Origin: Alphaproteobacteria bacterium
GTDB taxonomy: Bacteria > Pseudomonadota > Alphaproteobacteria > UBA828
Reading direction: 5' to 3'
Length of the DNA stretch: 64,000 bases
NCBI GenBank assembly: GCA_965221125.1
Contig: CBDCRW010000006.1
Location: 480,001 to 544,000, forward strand
Position 1 is the stretch's first letter. Each line of letters begins with the position of its first letter. The translations under genes and the position numbers were made by a program. Under the pieces are notes generated by a model. That model was not told the origin of the DNA. It was given only the letters and a program-made list of their open reading frames with translations, and searched no databases. Below are positions 36,786-46,277 of this stretch, one piece after another.

Positions 36786-37279
36786 GGTGCGCCTCCTCCG
36801 GCGCGCATGTCGCCGGCGGCGTCGGCGATTGCCTCGAAGATCTTGGTGTAGCCGGTGCAGCGGCAGAGATTGCCGCTCAGCCCCAAGCGAATGTCGTCCT
36901 CGCTTGGCTGCGGATGCTCGTCGATGATCGCCTTGGCCGCGATGATGATGCCGGGAATGCAGTAGCCGCACTGCGCGGCGCCGCCGTCGGCAAACGCTTT
37001 CTGCAGGGGATGCGGCGAATCCAGGTCGCCGAGGCCGGAGACGGTGGTGACCTCCTTGCCCGCCGCCATCCAGGCAAGGGTCAGGCAGCTGTCCACGGCC
37101 ATGCCGTCCAGCAGCACGGCGCAGGCGCCGCAGTCGCCCTTCTCGCAGCCGCACTTCACCTCCATGTGGCCGAGCTGGCGCAGCGCCTCCAGCAGCGTGC
37201 GGTGGGCGGGGAAGCGGCCTTCCTCCTCGCGGCCGTTGATGCGGAGCGTGATGGTTCTCGTCTCAGGCATGGGCGTCAC
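36782..37279 (-). CDS. XDH-family 2x[2Fe-2S] small subunit
   Basis: GCEKGDCGAC...SC; QCGYC...NLCRCTGY. Confidence 0.93.
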   Translation of the reverse strand: MTPMPETRTITLRINGREEEGRFPAHRTLLEALRQLGHMEVKCGCEKGDCGACAVLLDGMAVDSCLTLAWMAAGKEVTTVSGLGDLDSPHPLQKAFADGGAAQCGYCIPGIIIAAKAIIDEHPQPSEDDIRLGLSGNLCRCTGYTKIFEAIADAAGDMRAGGGAP

Positions 37280-38150
37280 TCCCTCGGGCCAGGCGGTTCC
37301 ACGCTTGCGTGACCAGGCGCCGGGTCAGGGCTTCCACCGTGTGGCGGCGGTAGCCGGCGGAGGCGCGGATGTCGTCGATGGGGCTGCATGTCTCCGCCGC
37401 CGCCGCCGCCGCCTCGTCGATGAGCGCGGGCGTGAGCGTCCGGCCCTCCAGCATCGCTTCCGCCTCCTTCACGCGGCGGACGTAGGGCGCGACGGAGGCA
37501 AGCGCGATCCGCGCCCTGGTGCAGGTGCCGTCCGCCACCGAGAGCGCCACCGCCACGCCGGTGACGGTGATCGCGTCGCCCTTGCGGCGCGCGAGCTTGT
37601 AGAAGGTGTCGGTGGAGTTCTCCGGCTGCTGCGGCCATGAGATGCGGGTGATCAGCTCGTCCGGCCGGCGCGCGTCCTCCTTGTAGCCGAGGTAGTAGTC
37701 GTCGAGCGCCAGCGTGCGCGTGCCGGACGCGCTGGCCAGCTCCAGCTCGGCGTCGAGCACGAGCAGCGGCGGCACGAGGTCGGCCGCCGGCGAGCCGCTG
37801 GCGATGTTGCCGGCGACCGTGCCCGTATTGCGCACCATCAGGCCGCCGAAGAGGCGCGCGGCGTCGATCAGCGACGGCGCCTCGCGCGCGATCTCGGGCG
37901 AGCGCAGCAGGTCGCTCACCGTGGTGCGGCTGCCGATGGCGATGCGCTCAGGACCGAAGGCCATGCCGAGCAGCGCGTCGACCTCGCCGAGGCCCACCAT
38001 CCGGTCGGGCCGCTCGCGCTTCGCGCGGATGTCGACGATGAGGTTCGTGCCGCCCGCGATGGGGAGCACGGTCTCGCCGGCCCCGTTCGCGAGCGCCGCC
38101 AGGGCGCCATCCAGGTCCGTCGGGATATCCAGTTCGAAGGGCGCGTACAT
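37263..38150 (-). CDS. XDH-family FAD-binding medium subunit
   Basis: IAGGTNL, RNTGTVAGN, SPAAD, PIDDIRASA.YR. Confidence 0.92.
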   Translation of the reverse strand: MYAPFELDIPTDLDGALAALANGAGETVLPIAGGTNLIVDIRAKRERPDRMVGLGEVDALLGMAFGPERIAIGSRTTVSDLLRSPEIAREAPSLIDAARLFGGLMVRNTGTVAGNIASGSPAADLVPPLLVLDAELELASASGTRTLALDDYYLGYKEDARRPDELITRISWPQQPENSTDTFYKLARRKGDAITVTGVAVALSVADGTCTRARIALASVAPYVRRVKEAEAMLEGRTLTPALIDEAAAAAAETCSPIDDIRASAGYRRHTVEALTRRLVTQAWNRLARGSDAHA

Positions 38151-38178
38151 ATCGCGATGTCTCCCGTCTCTGCCCGCG

Positions 38179-38961
38179 CTACACGTCCCAGCCGCCGTCG
38201 ACGGTGATGGCCTGGCCGGTGATCTGGCGGCTCTCCTCGCTCGCCATGAACAGCACGGCGTCGGCCACGTCCTGGCAGGTGGTGACGCGCTTCAAGCACA
38301 TCTCCTGAACGTACTCGTCGTACACCTCGTCGATGGTCCAGCCGCGCACGCGGGCCTTCTCCTCGCAGAGCTTCTGCATGCGGGGCGTCTCGACGATGCC
38401 GGGGCAGACCGCGTTGACGTTGACGTTGTACTTGCCGACCTCGAGCGCCACCGTGCGCGTGATCCCGCGCACCGCCCACTTGGACGCGCTGTAGGCGGTG
38501 CGCATGGCGTAGCCGCGCAGGCCCGACGTGCCGCCGATGTTGACGATCTTGCCGCTCCGCTGCGCGATCATGGTCGGCACCACGTACTTGATGGGCAGGA
38601 AGGTGCCGATCTCGTTGTTTCGGATGACGTAGTCGAAGTCGGCCACGTCGATGTCCTGCACAGGCGTCTCGATGGGGCCGGTGACGCCCGCGATGTTGAC
38701 CAGGATGTCGATGCGCCCGTCGAAGACCGCGCGCGCCTGCTCGACCATCGCCTTGACCTGCCCATCGTCGGTGACGTCGCAGCCCACGACATGGGCCGCC
38801 CGCCCCAGCGCACGCACGTCCGCCGCGACCGGGGCGAGCGCGTCCGTATCCCGCGCGGTCAGCACGACGTCCGCGCCCTCGCGCGCGAGCGTGGTCGTGA
38901 TCGCCGCGCCCATGCCCTTCGCCGCGCCGGTGACGATCGCCTTCTTGCCATCCACTCTCAC
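38179..38961 (-). CDS. short-chain dehydrogenase/reductase
   Basis: GTG start overlapping the upstream TGA; TGAAKGMG, YSASK, NAVCPG, ITVDGG. Confidence 0.9.
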   Translation of the reverse strand: MRVDGKKAIVTGAAKGMGAAITTTLAREGADVVLTARDTDALAPVAADVRALGRAAHVVGCDVTDDGQVKAMVEQARAVFDGRIDILVNIAGVTGPIETPVQDIDVADFDYVIRNNEIGTFLPIKYVVPTMIAQRSGKIVNIGGTSGLRGYAMRTAYSASKWAVRGITRTVALEVGKYNVNVNAVCPGIVETPRMQKLCEEKARVRGWTIDEVYDEYVQEMCLKRVTTCQDVADAVLFMASEESRQITGQAITVDGGWDV

Positions 38962-40574
38962 TGCATCGTTCCCTTGCTTGTTTGGCTCGTTGTCGCGGGC
39001 TCTCCGTAGCCGCCGCCGCCGCAGCTCTCGACGATCACCACGTCGTCCCTGCCGAGCCGCAGGTTGGCCTTGCCCGGCATGTCCTCGCGGCGGCCGTCGG
39101 CATGCGCGACGGTGACCCGGAAGGGCGCGCCGTCCTCGCCGCCCTGCAGGCCGTAGGGCGGCACCACGCGGCGCTCGAACATCGAGGTGACCGACATCTC
39201 GTCGGCGAGCACGCGGTATTCGCGGTGCAGGCCCTCGCCGCCCCGCCGGCGGCCGGCGCCGCCGGAGTCCGCGCGCAGGCGCTGGCACTCGATGCGGATG
39301 GGGAACTCGGCCTCCACCACCTCGGCCGGCGTGTTCATCACGTTGGACATGTGAACGCGCACCACCGGCGCGCCGTCGCGGTCGTGGCGTGCACCTTCGC
39401 CGCCGCCGTGGACCTCGTAGAGCGTGGTCCAGGCGCCGTCCGCGCGCCTTCCGCCGAAGAGCACGAGGCCGGACGTGGTCGGCCCGCCGGCGGAAATGCG
39501 CTCCGGCCCCACGGCCTCGAAGGCGCGGAACACGGCGTCGGCAATCCGCTGCGAGGTCTCGTGGTTGCCGCCCACCACGGGGCTTTCTGCAGACGGATCG
39601 AGCAGGGAGCCGGGGCGCGTCACGATCTCCAGCGGGCGGTAGCAGCCGCCGCTCGGCTGGATGTCGGGCCCGAACAGGGTCTTGACCACGTAGAAGACCG
39701 AGGCCGCGGCGATGAAGGGGGTGGTGTTCACGGGGCCCCGCGCGGCGTCCTCGGTCGCGGAGAAGTCGAAGCGCGCGCCGTCGCCGGCGATGGTGACGCG
39801 CACGCGCACGGCGACCGGCCCGCCGCCGCCGGCATCGTCGTCGAGCCAGTCCTCGCCCTCGTAGGTGCCGTCCGGAACGGCGGCGAGCGCCGCCCGCATT
39901 TGCGCCTCGGCCCGGTCGTGGATCGCGGCGACGGCGGCCAGCACCGTTTCCCGCCCGTGCTCGGCGCAGATGTGGTGGATGCGCTCCTCGGCGGCGCGGC
40001 TGGCCGCGACCTGCGCCAGGATGTCGCCCTCGCGCTCGTCCGCGCCCCGCACGTTGGCGCAGACCATGTCCAGCTTCTCGCGGTCGGGGCCGGAGGCGGT
40101 GAAGAGGCGGAAGGGCGGGATGCGCAGGCCCTCCTGCCAGGCGTCGGTGGCGCCGGCCACATAGCTGCCGGGCACCGCGCCGCCGATATCCGCCCAGTGG
40201 GCGAGGCTCGCGGCGAAGGCCACGATCCGGTCGTCCACGAAGATCGGGCGGATCGCTTTCACGTCCGGCAGGTGGTTGCCGCCCACCTCCGGCAGGTTCA
40301 GGAACCAGACGTCGCCGGGCTCCAGGCGGTCCCTGGGCACGCGCTTCAGGAACTCGCGGACGGTGAAGCTCATGACCCCCATGTGCATGGGGATGTCGCG
40401 GCCCTGGGCGATGAGGTGGCCGTCGGCATCGGTGAGCGCCGAGGAAAGATCGCCGGCCTCGCGCAGGAGCGGCGAGCGGGCCGAGCGCATGACCACGAGC
40501 GACATTTCCTCCGCCGTCGCCGTCAGCGCGTGGCGGATGACCTCCAGGGTGATCGGGTCGACGGTGCGGCTCAT
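38958..40574 (-). CDS. hydantoinase B/oxoprolinase family protein
   Basis: VDPITLE, ARSPLLREAGD, GGNHLPD, HWADIGG.VPGS, NTPAEVVE. Confidence 0.93.
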   Translation of the reverse strand: MSRTVDPITLEVIRHALTATAEEMSLVVMRSARSPLLREAGDLSSALTDADGHLIAQGRDIPMHMGVMSFTVREFLKRVPRDRLEPGDVWFLNLPEVGGNHLPDVKAIRPIFVDDRIVAFAASLAHWADIGGAVPGSYVAGATDAWQEGLRIPPFRLFTASGPDREKLDMVCANVRGADEREGDILAQVAASRAAEERIHHICAEHGRETVLAAVAAIHDRAEAQMRAALAAVPDGTYEGEDWLDDDAGGGGPVAVRVRVTIAGDGARFDFSATEDAARGPVNTTPFIAAASVFYVVKTLFGPDIQPSGGCYRPLEIVTRPGSLLDPSAESPVVGGNHETSQRIADAVFRAFEAVGPERISAGGPTTSGLVLFGGRRADGAWTTLYEVHGGGEGARHDRDGAPVVRVHMSNVMNTPAEVVEAEFPIRIECQRLRADSGGAGRRRGGEGLHREYRVLADEMSVTSMFERRVVPPYGLQGGEDGAPFRVTVAHADGRREDMPGKANLRLGRDDVVIVESCGGGGYGEPATTSQTSKGTMQ

Positions 40575-42586
40575 GGCGCGGCCCCGGTGGCGATGTGGAG
40601 GTGGCCGGCGTCGTCGGCCGTGAGCGTGGCACCCGGCGGCACGACCACGGTCGACCATTCATCGTCGACGATGACCGGCCCTTCCAGCGGCCAGTCGGCG
40701 CCCAGGGCGGCGCGGTCGTAGCGCGGCGTCGGCAGCGGCGCGCCGGTATCGAACGTGGCCGGCAGCGTGCGCGCAGGCGACGGCGGCTCGTTGGCCTTGG
40801 GCGCCGGAGCACGTGCCTCGCCGTTGCGGGGCGCGGAGACGCGCACGCGGATCGAGACCAGCTCCCACGGCTCCTCCGTGGCGAAGCCGTAGAGAGTCCG
40901 GTGGCGCTCCATGAAATCCCGGCCGAGCCGCGCGGGATCGTCGAAGGCGGGGGTCGCGATCTCGATGGCGTAGCTCTGGCCCCGGTAGCGGATCGAGGCG
41001 ACCTCCTCGACCGCCAGATTGCCGTTGCCGTGACCGGCCGCCCTGAGCGGCGCGGCGAGGGTCGCATGCAGCGCCCGCCGTGCCTGGTCCACGCGCGCAC
41101 CGTCCCACGCGTCCGACGCCACGCGGAGCGTGCGCTGCTGCGCGTAGCTCATCTCCGCGCCGACGCAACCCAGAGCCGAGAACATGCTGGAATGGGCGGG
41201 CACGACCACGTGCGCGATGGAGAAGGCGCGGGCCAGCGCCACCGCGTGCATGGGGCCGGCGCCGCCGAAGGCGAGCAGGGTGCACGCCCGCCCGTCGACG
41301 CCGCGCTCCACGGTGACGCGCCGCAGCGCGCGCAGCATGGCCGCGTTCGCCACCCTGACGACGCCCAAAGCCGCAGCCTCCGGCGTCATGTCCATGGCTG
41401 TGGCGAGCGGCGCGATCGCGTCACGGGCCGCGCCGGTATCGAGGTGCACGTTGCCGCCGAGGACGCGCCCCGCCTCCATGTAGCCCAGCACCAGGTTGGC
41501 GTCGGTCACGGTCGGCCGCGCGCCGCCCTTGCCGTAGCAGGCGGGGCCCGGCACCGCGCCGGCGCTCTCCGGCCCCACCGCAAGCGAGCCGTGATCGAGC
41601 CGGGCGATGGAGCCGCCGCCGGCGCCGATGGATTCCACCGCGACCATGGGCTGGCGTAGCGGCCGGCCGCCCAAGGAGCGGTCGGCGGAAATCTGCGCCT
41701 CGCCGTCCGCGATCAGGCAGACATCGGTGGTGGTGCCGCCCATGTCGAAGCTGATGGCGCGCTCGAGCCTAAGCGCGCGGGCCATGCTGCCAGCGGCGGC
41801 GACGCCGGCGGCAGGACCGGAGGCGGCGAGGCCCAAGGGAAGGTCGCGCAAGGCCTCGGGCGAAGCCATGCCGCCGGCGGAATGGAAGAGGTGCAGGCGG
41901 GAGTCTTCGGGCTTCGCGCTCTCCAGGTCGTCCATGTACGCGGCCGCGAGCGGCATGACGCCTGCGCTCAGCGCCGTGGTTGCCGTCCGCTCGTACTCGC
42001 GGGCCTCGGGATTGACCCGGTGCGAGAGGGCGACGAAGGGGAAGCGCTCGCCGAGCCGGGCGCCCAGCGCCTCCTCGTGCGCGGGATTGGCGTAGGAATG
42101 GAGCAGCGAGACGGCCACCGCCTCCGCGCCGCTCGCCTCGATGCGGGCGATGGCGTCCTCCACCGAGGCCGGGTCCAGCGCGGCCATGACCCTGCCGTCG
42201 TGGTCGAGCCGCTCGCTCACCTCGAAGCGGCGCTCGGGCGGCACCTGGGGTGCCAGCTTGGGCGCGAGATCGAGCCGGTAGAGGTGGCGGCGGTTCTGGC
42301 GCCCGATGGCGAGCGTGTCTGCGAAGCCGCGCGTCGCGATCAGGGCGACCTTCGCGTGGTCGTCCTGGACGATGGCATTGGTGACGATGGTGGTGCCGTG
42401 GATCAGGTCGTCCACGTCGGCCCACGCGAGATCCACCGCGCCGAGCGCAGACAGCAGGCCGGTGATGCGGTCGTCGGTGCGGGAGGGAACCTTCGCGGCC
42501 CGCACCTCGCCGCGCGCCCGGTGCACGGCGATCACGTCGGTGAACGTGCCACCCACATCGATACCGACTTGCCATCCATGCGGCAT
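40571..42586 (-). CDS. hydantoinase A/oxoprolinase family protein (ATP-binding)
   Basis: IDVGGTFTD, HGTT, SGPAAG, DMGGTTTD, GAGGGSIA, AFGGAG. Confidence 0.94.
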   Translation of the reverse strand: MPHGWQVGIDVGGTFTDVIAVHRARGEVRAAKVPSRTDDRITGLLSALGAVDLAWADVDDLIHGTTIVTNAIVQDDHAKVALIATRGFADTLAIGRQNRRHLYRLDLAPKLAPQVPPERRFEVSERLDHDGRVMAALDPASVEDAIARIEASGAEAVAVSLLHSYANPAHEEALGARLGERFPFVALSHRVNPEAREYERTATTALSAGVMPLAAAYMDDLESAKPEDSRLHLFHSAGGMASPEALRDLPLGLAASGPAAGVAAAGSMARALRLERAISFDMGGTTTDVCLIADGEAQISADRSLGGRPLRQPMVAVESIGAGGGSIARLDHGSLAVGPESAGAVPGPACYGKGGARPTVTDANLVLGYMEAGRVLGGNVHLDTGAARDAIAPLATAMDMTPEAAALGVVRVANAAMLRALRRVTVERGVDGRACTLLAFGGAGPMHAVALARAFSIAHVVVPAHSSMFSALGCVGAEMSYAQQRTLRVASDAWDGARVDQARRALHATLAAPLRAAGHGNGNLAVEEVASIRYRGQSYAIEIATPAFDDPARLGRDFMERHRTLYGFATEEPWELVSIRVRVSAPRNGEARAPAPKANEPPSPARTLPATFDTGAPLPTPRYDRAALGADWPLEGPVIVDDEWSTVVVPPGATLTADDAGHLHIATGAAP

Positions 42587-42605
42587 GGCACGGCCTCAAT
42601 TCTCG

Positions 42606-42629
42606 GTTATCGAAAATAGTTTCGATAAC
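42606..42629. promoter_or_regulatory. perfect operator-like palindrome upstream of the operon
   Basis: GTTATCGAAA-ATAG-TTTCGATAAC, about 20 nt upstream of the hydantoinase A start; minus-strand TTGACA at 42660-42665. Confidence 0.7.
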
Positions 42630-42816
42630 TCGATAACGATGCGCCCGCGCGGCGGCGCCTGTCAACATTAAATCGGGCTGTTCCTGGCGGATCGAACGCT
42701 TGGGTGCGACACAGGCCGTGACCCTGGTGAGAATTGCGGGCTGACGACGGCAAAAATACACTGTGCGGCGGCGGTCGCGCGTCAGGCGGCCGGCTCCCGC
42801 ATGGCGAGGGATGGGG

Positions 42817-43833
42817 ATGACCTGGCTCGACGACAGCGCGTGGCGCTACTTCTGGCACCCGGTCTGCACGCTCGTGGAACTCGACGCGGCCGCCGCCGAG
42901 AGCCGGCCGCTCGCGGTCACGCTGCTCGGCGAGCCGCTCGCCGTCGCCCGGATCGCCGGCACCGTCGCCGCCTTCCCGGACCGCTGCATCCATCGCTCGA
43001 CCCGTCTCACGGTGGGCTGCGTGGAGACGGGCGGGCTGCGCTGCGCCTACCACGGCTGGCTCTACGATGCGGACGGCGCGTGCGTCGAAATCCCCGCCAT
43101 GCCGGACTTCACGATCCCGCCGAGCTTCCGGCTGCGCAGGATCGAGGCGGAGATGGCCTACGACCTCGTCTGGCTGCGCCTCGAGGCGGGCGCCGGGACG
43201 CGCATTCCCGGATGCCCGGCCTGGAGCGACGACGCCTTCCGCTGCGTCCAGGGCGAGCCCTACATCTGGCCGACATCGGCCGGGCGCCGGCTGGAGAATT
43301 TCGTCGACCTCGCGCACTTCCCGTTTGTCCACGACGGCTCGCTCGGCGACCGCCGGCACGCGACCGTGCCGATCGCGGACGTCGCCCGCGTCGGCGGCGA
43401 GCTGCGCTTCCGCTTCGAGCCGGAGCCGGACATGGCGCTGCCCGACGTCGCCCTGATGGCGCCGACGGACTACCGCCTCTGGATGCCGTTCACGGTCAAC
43501 CTGGAATTCGCCTTCGCGGACGGCGAGCGCGGCCAGCTCTGGATGGCGGCGTCGCCGGTCGAGTCCGGGACCTGCCGCAGCTTCTGGTTCACGAGCCGCA
43601 CCGCCGACAGGGACGGCGACGACCGCCCGCACCTCGATTTCCAGGATCTCGTGCTGGGCGAGGACCTCCCGGTGATCGAGGCGCAGGAGCCGCCGGAGAT
43701 TCCGGGTCCGGGCGGCGAGAAGTCCGTGCCGACCGACGCGGTCTCGCTGGCCTATCGCCGCTGGCTGCGCGAGCTCTCCGCCGCCGCCGGGAAGGGGGCT
43801 GCGGCGGTGGCACGGAGTCTGTCCTCCGAATAG
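42817..43833 (+). CDS. Rieske non-heme iron oxygenase alpha subunit (O/N-demethylase-like)
   Basis: CIHR...CAYHGW Rieske motif; ENFVDLAHFPFVH and ED mononuclear iron ligands. Confidence 0.9.
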   Translation: MTWLDDSAWRYFWHPVCTLVELDAAAAESRPLAVTLLGEPLAVARIAGTVAAFPDRCIHRSTRLTVGCVETGGLRCAYHGWLYDADGACVEIPAMPDFTIPPSFRLRRIEAEMAYDLVWLRLEAGAGTRIPGCPAWSDDAFRCVQGEPYIWPTSAGRRLENFVDLAHFPFVHDGSLGDRRHATVPIADVARVGGELRFRFEPEPDMALPDVALMAPTDYRLWMPFTVNLEFAFADGERGQLWMAASPVESGTCRSFWFTSRTADRDGDDRPHLDFQDLVLGEDLPVIEAQEPPEIPGPGGEKSVPTDAVSLAYRRWLRELSAAAGKGAAAVARSLSSE

Positions 43834-44220
43834 CGGCCTCGGGAGCGACTTTTTCTTATCCCTCAATCGGCGGGCGCTCGCTCCGCTCGCTTGCCTACGC
43901 GCCTTCGGCGCGCGGCGCGGTCGCGCCGTCCGGGCCTGCGGCCCGGGCGAAACCGGGCGGCTCTTCATGTCACGCCCGCGAGCTTTCAGGCGCGGGCGAC
44001 GCACCATGGTGCGGTGGAAGGCGGGGGCGGAGCGGGGCAGTCTCGGTGGATGCGGTGTGTGGACCATGAGCTCGGCGACGTGCGAAGACGCCGTCAGCGC
44101 GGCCTGTCGGCGCATGAAAGCGCGGGATGCGGAGGACGAATCAGGCCGGCGGGACCCTCGGCGCGAGGGGGACGCGCGGCCGGGTGGCGGCCCTGGACGG
44201 GCCAGCTTGGGCCATCATGC

Positions 44221-44334
44221 GCCACCTTGTGCCACCTTGTGCCACCTTGTGCCACCTTGTGCCACTTTGTGCCACTTTGTGCCACTTTGTGCCGCTCGTT
44301 TTGTGCCACCTTGTCCCACTTTGTGCCACTTTGT
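44221..44334 (+). repeat. 10-bp tandem repeat array GCCAC(C/T)TTGT
   Basis: 4x GCCACCTTGT, 3x GCCACTTTGT, one 14-nt degenerate unit, then 3 more units. Confidence 0.95.
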
Positions 44335-44376
44335 GCCGGCGTATGCCGGAATATGCCGGGTTAAGGCCTTTGTCGC

Positions 44377-45096
44377 TCACGGCAGCCGGTCGTCCTGCGA
44401 TTCCGCCGCCCTGTTCGTGCGCTCCAGGTGCTTGAGCGCCTCGCGCCGGCTGAGCGCGGAGAGCCCGGCGTGGCGTCGGACGAACGCCGTCACCCACTCC
44501 GGGTCGGTCTTGGAATACTCGCGGAGCGCCCAGCCGATGCCCTTGCGCAGGAAGAATTCCGGCTCGCCGATGGAGGGGCGGATTACATCGGCCAGAAGCT
44601 CGGTGTCCGTCGCCTCCCTGGCCCGGAGCTGGGCGAGGATCGCGGTCCGCCGCTTCCAGATGTCGCCGTCATGCGCCCAGTCGCGCAACACCGCCTTCAT
44701 CGGGCGTGGATGGGCGGCGAGCATGGCGCCGACGCCGCGCCCGGCAATCGCGTCCACGTAGTCCCACCAGGCGCCGGTCACCACCAGCTCCTCGACCAGC
44801 GGAAGCCTCGCGGGCTCGAGCCAGCGCGCGTAAGCGCCGAAGAGCAGAAGCTCGACCGCCGCGTAGCGTTCCTCCCGGTGGGCGGCGTTGCGCCAGAGGT
44901 CGAGAATTGCCGCCTCCCAGGTACCGGCGTCCGGCAGCGGGTGCGCCCTGAACACGGAACCCGCGATGCGCCGGCACTGCGGCACGCCCACGCCGAAGAA
45001 GGGTATGGCGGACTTCATGTACGCCTGCTGCTGCGGCGCCCTGGCCGGATCGGCGGCCTTGCGCAGGGCGGCTATGACGGCCCCTCGAACGGTCAT
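44377..45096 (-). CDS. DNA alkylation repair protein (AlkD-like HEAT-repeat glycosylase family)
   Basis: AYMK...FFGV, REERY, WWDYVD, WKRR, EFFLRKGIGWALREYSK, LSRREA. Confidence 0.9.
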   Translation of the reverse strand: MTVRGAVIAALRKAADPARAPQQQAYMKSAIPFFGVGVPQCRRIAGSVFRAHPLPDAGTWEAAILDLWRNAAHREERYAAVELLLFGAYARWLEPARLPLVEELVVTGAWWDYVDAIAGRGVGAMLAAHPRPMKAVLRDWAHDGDIWKRRTAILAQLRAREATDTELLADVIRPSIGEPEFFLRKGIGWALREYSKTDPEWVTAFVRRHAGLSALSRREALKHLERTNRAAESQDDRLP

Positions 45097-45269
45097 CGCA
45101 AATCCTGGCCGACCCGGCGACGGCGGGCAACCCGAGCCGGCGGCAGCGCGCAACGTTGCCTGGGCGGGCGAGGCGCACTAGCGTCTGCGCGCCGACCCGG
45201 GCTCGTGGGCGAATGCGGCTTCGGGCGTCGGCGCGAGCGAATCGAGGGAAAGAGGACGGAGCGAGGTCA

Positions 45270-46271
45270 ATGGAGAAGCTACGCGTCGGCGTGATCGGGG
45301 TCGGCTGGTTCGGGACGGTGCATTGCCGGGTCATCGCCGGCCATCCCGAGCTTGAGCTTTCTGCGCTTTGCGACGCGTCGGAAGAGCGCCTCGCGGAGAT
45401 GGCGCGCGAGCACGGCGTGGCCCGCACGTGTGCGGACTATCGCGAGCTCGCGGAAGACCCGGCGATCGACATTCTCGCCGTCATCACGCCCTGGGACCAC
45501 CACGCCGCGCCCACGCTCGCGGGGCTCGCGGCCGGCAAGCACGTCCTGGTCGAGAAGCCGATGGCATCGACGGTGGAGGAATGCCGGCGCATGTGCGATG
45601 CCGCGCGCGAGGCGGACGCCTTCCTGATGGTGGGTCACGTCTGCCGCTTCAACCCGCGCTACGTCTCGGCCAAGCGCGAGATCGACGCGGGCCGGATCGG
45701 CAAGGTGGTGGCGATCAACGCCCGGCGCAACGTGCCGGCGCGGTGGGTCATCGAGCAACTCGAGAGCATCGGCCCCATCCTGCACACGTGCTCGCACGAC
45801 ACGGACCTGATGCGCTGGCTCACCGGCTCGCACGTCGTGAGCACCTACGCGCAGACGGTCAACACGCTGGGACAGGCGTACGACGACCTGTCTCATGTGA
45901 TGTATCGCTTCGAGAGCGGCGCGACCGCGATGTACGAAGGCGCCTGGTGCATGCCGGACACCTCGCCCTTCGAGCTCGACGAGCGCATGTCGGTGATCGG
46001 CACCGAGGGCTTCATCCAGATTCAGGACACCTTCCCCAACATCGGCGTGGCCTCGAAAGAGGGTTTTTTGAGCCCCGACACGAGCTACTGGCCGGAGCTG
46101 CACGGCGTCACCGGCGGCGCGCTCAGGGACGAATGGTCGTACTTCGCCCGCTGCATCGCAGACGGCACGGCGCCTTCGGTCATCAGGCCGGAGGAGGCGA
46201 TGGAGGTCGTGCGGACCGTGCTGGCTGCGCATGAATCGGCGACTACCGGCAGAGTGGTGACGGTTGCCTGA
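45270..46271 (+). CDS. Gfo/Idh/MocA family oxidoreductase
   Basis: GVIGVGWFG, HVLVEKPMA, RFNP, HDTD. Confidence 0.9.
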   Translation: MEKLRVGVIGVGWFGTVHCRVIAGHPELELSALCDASEERLAEMAREHGVARTCADYRELAEDPAIDILAVITPWDHHAAPTLAGLAAGKHVLVEKPMASTVEECRRMCDAAREADAFLMVGHVCRFNPRYVSAKREIDAGRIGKVVAINARRNVPARWVIEQLESIGPILHTCSHDTDLMRWLTGSHVVSTYAQTVNTLGQAYDDLSHVMYRFESGATAMYEGAWCMPDTSPFELDERMSVIGTEGFIQIQDTFPNIGVASKEGFLSPDTSYWPELHGVTGGALRDEWSYFARCIADGTAPSVIRPEEAMEVVRTVLAAHESATTGRVVTVA

Positions 46272-46277
46272 TGCGGG

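Noticed and set aside
34461-38150. Aerobic CO dehydrogenase (coxMSL)
   Set aside because: The active-site loop is AFRGFG, not AYxCSFR or AYRGAGR; it is a generic XDH-family hydroxylase.
38179-41100. 973-aa ORF as a fusion protein
   Set aside because: Only the last 260 aa are an SDR (GTG at 38961); the rest is an alternative frame over the hydantoinase genes.
43834-43960. Structured ncRNA after the Rieske gene (CGCTCGCTCCGCTCGCT, CGCGCCTTCGGCGCG)
   Set aside because: Only short hairpins, single copy in the window; cannot be distinguished from a terminator or REP remnant.
44221-44334. CRISPR array or Cys-rich metallothionein-like gene
   Set aside because: No spacers and no cas genes; open frames follow trivially from a stop-free 10-mer, and there is no convincing start or RBS.
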